DNA of 22,649 bases from positions 1 to 22,649 of the forward strand of contig CDRNVI010000127.1 of the NCBI GenBank assembly GCA_977017575.1. The letters run 5' to 3'. The translations under genes were made by a program, and so were the position numbers. The DNA is from Paramoeba atlantica (Eukaryota > Protista > Discosea). Positions 19,958 through 22,649 of this stretch are shown one piece after another (position 1 is the stretch's first letter; every line of letters starts with the position of its first letter). The notes beneath the pieces were generated by a model. That model was not told the origin of the DNA. It made no database searches and saw nothing but the letters and a program-made list of their open reading frames with translations.

Positions 19958-21445
19958 ATGAAAAAAATCGTTTATGTAACCTCACTCGTATTAGCAATGG
20001 CCTTATCCATTATGGCCTGTAAAGAGGAAGAAACTCCGGAACCTGTTGTAGAAGGCATTCCCAAAGTCAGTGAATTTACTCCAAAAGCAGGACCTGCTGG
20101 AACCGTGGTGACCATTACTGGAGAAGATTTTTCAGCCACTTCGGAAGCTAACTTGGTTTTGTTCGGTACTGAACTTGCAACCGTGCTGGAGGCTTCCTCA
20201 ACACAACTAGTTGTAGAGGTCCCTGAAATACCAGATGATGAACCTACTAGTTTTAATATTAGGGTAACGGTAGACAATAAATTTGGCACGAGCACTGAGC
20301 CCTATAATGTTACAACTTCCATAACGCTCAATGAAATAGCTTTAACCCTATTTCCTCAAGAAGTAGACACCCTTGTGATTACAAATATTGATGAATTCAT
20401 AAATCCAAAAGTAACATTTGTCTCGGATAATGAAGAATCGATAACGGTGAACGAAGAGGGCCACTTAACCATTCTAAGCGCAGGGGAAGCCACCGTTACT
20501 GCTTCCATAGGAGAATTTAAAACCTCCTGCGATATTCTTGTTTTGCCCGGTTTTTTGGCCACCGGTTCAAAAGACAATGGAGATGATACCTCGGTTGCCA
20601 TGTTTTGGGATAACAAAGCTGCTAGCGAATTGGAAGGCAATGGTATCAACTCAATAGGAAGCGCTATGGTAAAAACAGAAAATGATACCCTAATTGTAGG
20701 AGCAGATAGGTTTGACACGGAAGTTGCCGCTATTTGGACCAATGGTGAGGCGGAAGCTCTGCCCTCTGATGAGATGAGCGCATTTGCCACTTCCATTATG
20801 ATGGATGGAACTGATCAACTTGTAGCTGGAATGCAGGTCAATGAAGAATCAATTTTAGAAGCAGTGCTTTGGACCAACGGGTTTCAAGAGGTAATCGGCG
20901 ATGGCTTAACTGAGGAAAATGTTTATGATATAACCAAGCGAGGTGATGACGTTGTCCTAGGTGGATACAAATACAATGAGGAAACTGAGCACTTTGTGGC
21001 AACCTTATGGATAAATGGTGAAGCACAGTCCTTATCCAATGGCTCCAGTAATGCAGAGGTAAATGCCGTAGCCAATAATGGAGAAGAGGTTTTGGCGGTT
21101 GGCTATGAGGGCTTAAATGCAACTCTTTGGAGAAATGATGAAGAAGAAACCTTGCCTTTTGGAGAGCCCGCATCGGCAGAAGGAATACTTGTAGTAGGAA
21201 ATGATGAATATATAGTTGGTCATTCAGCTACCGGTTCTGCATTTCTGCTGATTAATGGTGAAGAAAACCTGCTAAGCCAGAACAGTGCAAAAGCCTACAC
21301 TATTGACGTTAAAGACGGCAATATATTGGTTGGTGGTCAAGAAGCTGAAGTTGCCACGGTTTGGTGGATCAATGGAGAAGGGGAGCTTCGCACAATATCT
21401 CTTAACGGGACAAAAGATTGTGTACAATCACTAATTGCTAAATAA
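19958..21445 (+). CDS. Lipoprotein with an IPT/TIG domain, an Ig-like (Big_2-like) domain and W-x-N-G repeats (495 aa)
   Basis: Lipobox IMA-C21; FTPKAGPAGTVVTITGEDF (IPT/TIG); SDNEESITVNEEGHLT (Big_2-like); about seven A-x-(W/L)-x-N-G repeats, possibly a beta-propeller (inference). Confidence 0.85.
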   Translation: MKKIVYVTSLVLAMALSIMACKEEETPEPVVEGIPKVSEFTPKAGPAGTVVTITGEDFSATSEANLVLFGTELATVLEASSTQLVVEVPEIPDDEPTSFNIRVTVDNKFGTSTEPYNVTTSITLNEIALTLFPQEVDTLVITNIDEFINPKVTFVSDNEESITVNEEGHLTILSAGEATVTASIGEFKTSCDILVLPGFLATGSKDNGDDTSVAMFWDNKAASELEGNGINSIGSAMVKTENDTLIVGADRFDTEVAAIWTNGEAEALPSDEMSAFATSIMMDGTDQLVAGMQVNEESILEAVLWTNGFQEVIGDGLTEENVYDITKRGDDVVLGGYKYNEETEHFVATLWINGEAQSLSNGSSNAEVNAVANNGEEVLAVGYEGLNATLWRNDEEETLPFGEPASAEGILVVGNDEYIVGHSATGSAFLLINGEENLLSQNSAKAYTIDVKDGNILVGGQEAEVATVWWINGEGELRTISLNGTKDCVQSLIAK

Positions 21446-21515
21446 TTGTCGGTTTAAGGTTTGCAATGTGTTTTAAAGTGTATAGATCAGCAAGCTAAAA
21501 GTTCGCAGCCGACTT

Positions 21516-21544
21516 AAAAAGCCGCCCATAAGGGCGGTTTTTTT
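21516..21544 (+). terminator. Intrinsic terminator after lipoprotein 1
   Basis: AAAAAGCCGCCC-ATAA-GGGCGGTTTTTTT: a GC stem followed by a T run. Confidence 0.85.
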
Positions 21545-21631
21545 ATTTCCATCTCCCCCTTGAAACAGGTCTTATCACTTAAAAAAGAACAAGCTCAAGT
21601 CTAAGCTCAATAATCAATGGGCAGTACACAG

Positions 21632-21732
21632 TTTTCAACTTTTCATTTTCAATTCCACATCCTACACCTTTTACCCCTCTACCATCCACCCAAAACACCC
21701 ATCCGTCAACTCAAAACAGGCATGCGTCAATT
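21632..21732 (+). repeat. Upstream element copy 2 (101 bp), 67 nt before the lipoprotein 2 start
   Basis: Matches 19786-19893; boxes at 21700-21709 and 21721-21730. Confidence 0.95.
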
Positions 21733-21799
21733 TTGCTGCCTAAAAATACCTGCTTTCCAGTTTCTTACTGCCCTATTAATATTCTTAAAGAAGAAAAAA

Positions 21800-22649
21800 A
21801 TGAAAAGATTAAGTTTCTTGGCTGCAACCATAATGACAATATGCCTGTTAGTTGCGGCCTGTAGTAGCGATGATGGAAATGGCGCTAACAGTGGGTTGAA
21901 GATAACCAGTTTTAGTCCAATAGATGGCCCAATAGGAACAACGGTTTGGATAACTGGTAAAAACTTTGGGAGTTCTCCGAGTGTTAAAATAGGTAATGCA
22001 ATAATGGCCATTGATGGTTCCACATCAGAAACAGAGATATTCGCAATTGTGCCTGATGGGGCAACCACAGGAAAGATTAGTGTAACGGCCAGTGGTGAAA
22101 CCTATACCGGTGGTGAGTTTGAAGTGACCGAAGATGAGGAATCTAGCTTTCCAACCATTGAACGTTTTACTAAAGTAAATACAGAAAATAATGGTTCTGC
22201 AAATCTCAGACCAACAGATCTTGTTGCAATTTTAGGGAGCGGTTTTGAATTAGAAGGAGATTATACGGTCACTTTTTCAGGAGATGTCGTAGGGACCATT
22301 ATTGAAGTGAGTGAAACTTACATAAGAGTCCTGATTCCGGAAGGTGCAATTTCTGGTGAAATTAGATTAGAGTCCCAAGGTATAACAAAAATCATAGGGG
22401 ATTTGGAGATTTTTCCCAATCCAACCACCTATGTGGTAGGTTATGTGTCAGATGGCCAAAACGATGTTCCTAAACTATGGATTGATGGCATTCCACAGGA
22501 TTTGGAAAATTCCAGCTCTGCCAATGCCATCTATGTTGATGGTGAAACTATTTATGTTGCTGGAAAATCAACAGAGGATAAAGCTACAGTTTGGATAGAT
22601 GGTGTGCCACAATATCTTACCAATGGAAGCAGTTATGCAGAGGCAAATT
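21800..22649 (+). CDS. Paralogous lipoprotein with two IPT/TIG domains and W-I-D-G repeats, 3'-truncated by the window edge
   Basis: ATG at 21800 gives MKRLSFLAATIMTICLLVAA-C. It contains ITSFSPIDGPIGTTVWITGKNF, a second TIG-like unit, then PKLWIDG and ATVWIDG. The frame is open to the end and is absent from the track. Confidence 0.88.
   Translation, partial: MKRLSFLAATIMTICLLVAACSSDDGNGANSGLKITSFSPIDGPIGTTVWITGKNFGSSPSVKIGNAIMAIDGSTSETEIFAIVPDGATTGKISVTASGETYTGGEFEVTEDEESSFPTIERFTKVNTENNGSANLRPTDLVAILGSGFELEGDYTVTFSGDVVGTIIEVSETYIRVLIPEGAISGEIRLESQGITKIIGDLEIFPNPTTYVVGYVSDGQNDVPKLWIDGIPQDLENSSSANAIYVDGETIYVAGKSTEDKATVWIDGVPQYLTNGSSYAEAN

Noticed and set aside
18052-19961. Track ORFs 18052-18300, 18683-18943, 18805-18987, 19269-19616 and 19626-19961
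   Set aside because: They are shadow frames overlapping hflX, the DUF3078-type gene or the promoter region, with no motifs.
21661-21705. G-rich minus strand of the upstream element as a G-quadruplex
   Set aside because: The G runs are mostly two or three long and irregularly spaced; the direct-repeat operator model explains the conservation more simply.
19972-22068. Minus-strand ORFs 19972-20295, 20356-20796, 20838-21173 and 21727-22068
   Set aside because: They are antisense shadows of the two lipoprotein genes.
1-22649. tRNA, rRNA, intron, CRISPR or IS elements
   Set aside because: Mitochondrial spacers are mostly too short, and I saw no cloverleaf, spacer array, transposase or terminal repeats by eye. 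tRNAscan-SE was not run.

Overview
The window joins two unrelated genomes. Bases 1-~17853 are a very AT-rich, compact, intron-less protist mitochondrial genome, probably amoebozoan (inference). All its genes are on the minus strand and TGA encodes Trp (translation table 4), so the supplied ORF track fragments most of them. In transcription order: a truncated ORF, nad9, nad7, rpl11, an rpl10-like ORF, rps12, rps7, rpl2, rps19, rps3, rpl16, rpl14, rpl5, rps14, rps8, rpl6, rps13, a 1,159-codon unidentified ORF in the usual rps11 slot, atp8, cob, an atp4-like ORF, nad3, atp6, nad4L and nad5 (runs off the window). Several of these genes carry frame-breaking indels, mostly single bases in homopolymer runs. 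At ~17854 the sequence switches abruptly, mid-gene on both sides, to Bacteroidota (Flavobacteriaceae-like) DNA. That part holds the 3' half of hflX, a DUF3078-type outer-membrane protein and two paralogous IPT/TIG lipoprotein genes. Each lipoprotein gene is preceded by a near-identical ~100-bp element with a 21-bp-period direct repeat. The most economical reading is an assembly or read chimera between a protist mitochondrion and a co-occurring bacterium, not a new biological system. The real candidates for novelty are the giant ORF, the cob Qo-site substitutions (including a G143A equivalent) and the duplicated upstream element. All homology calls are by eye; no searches were run.
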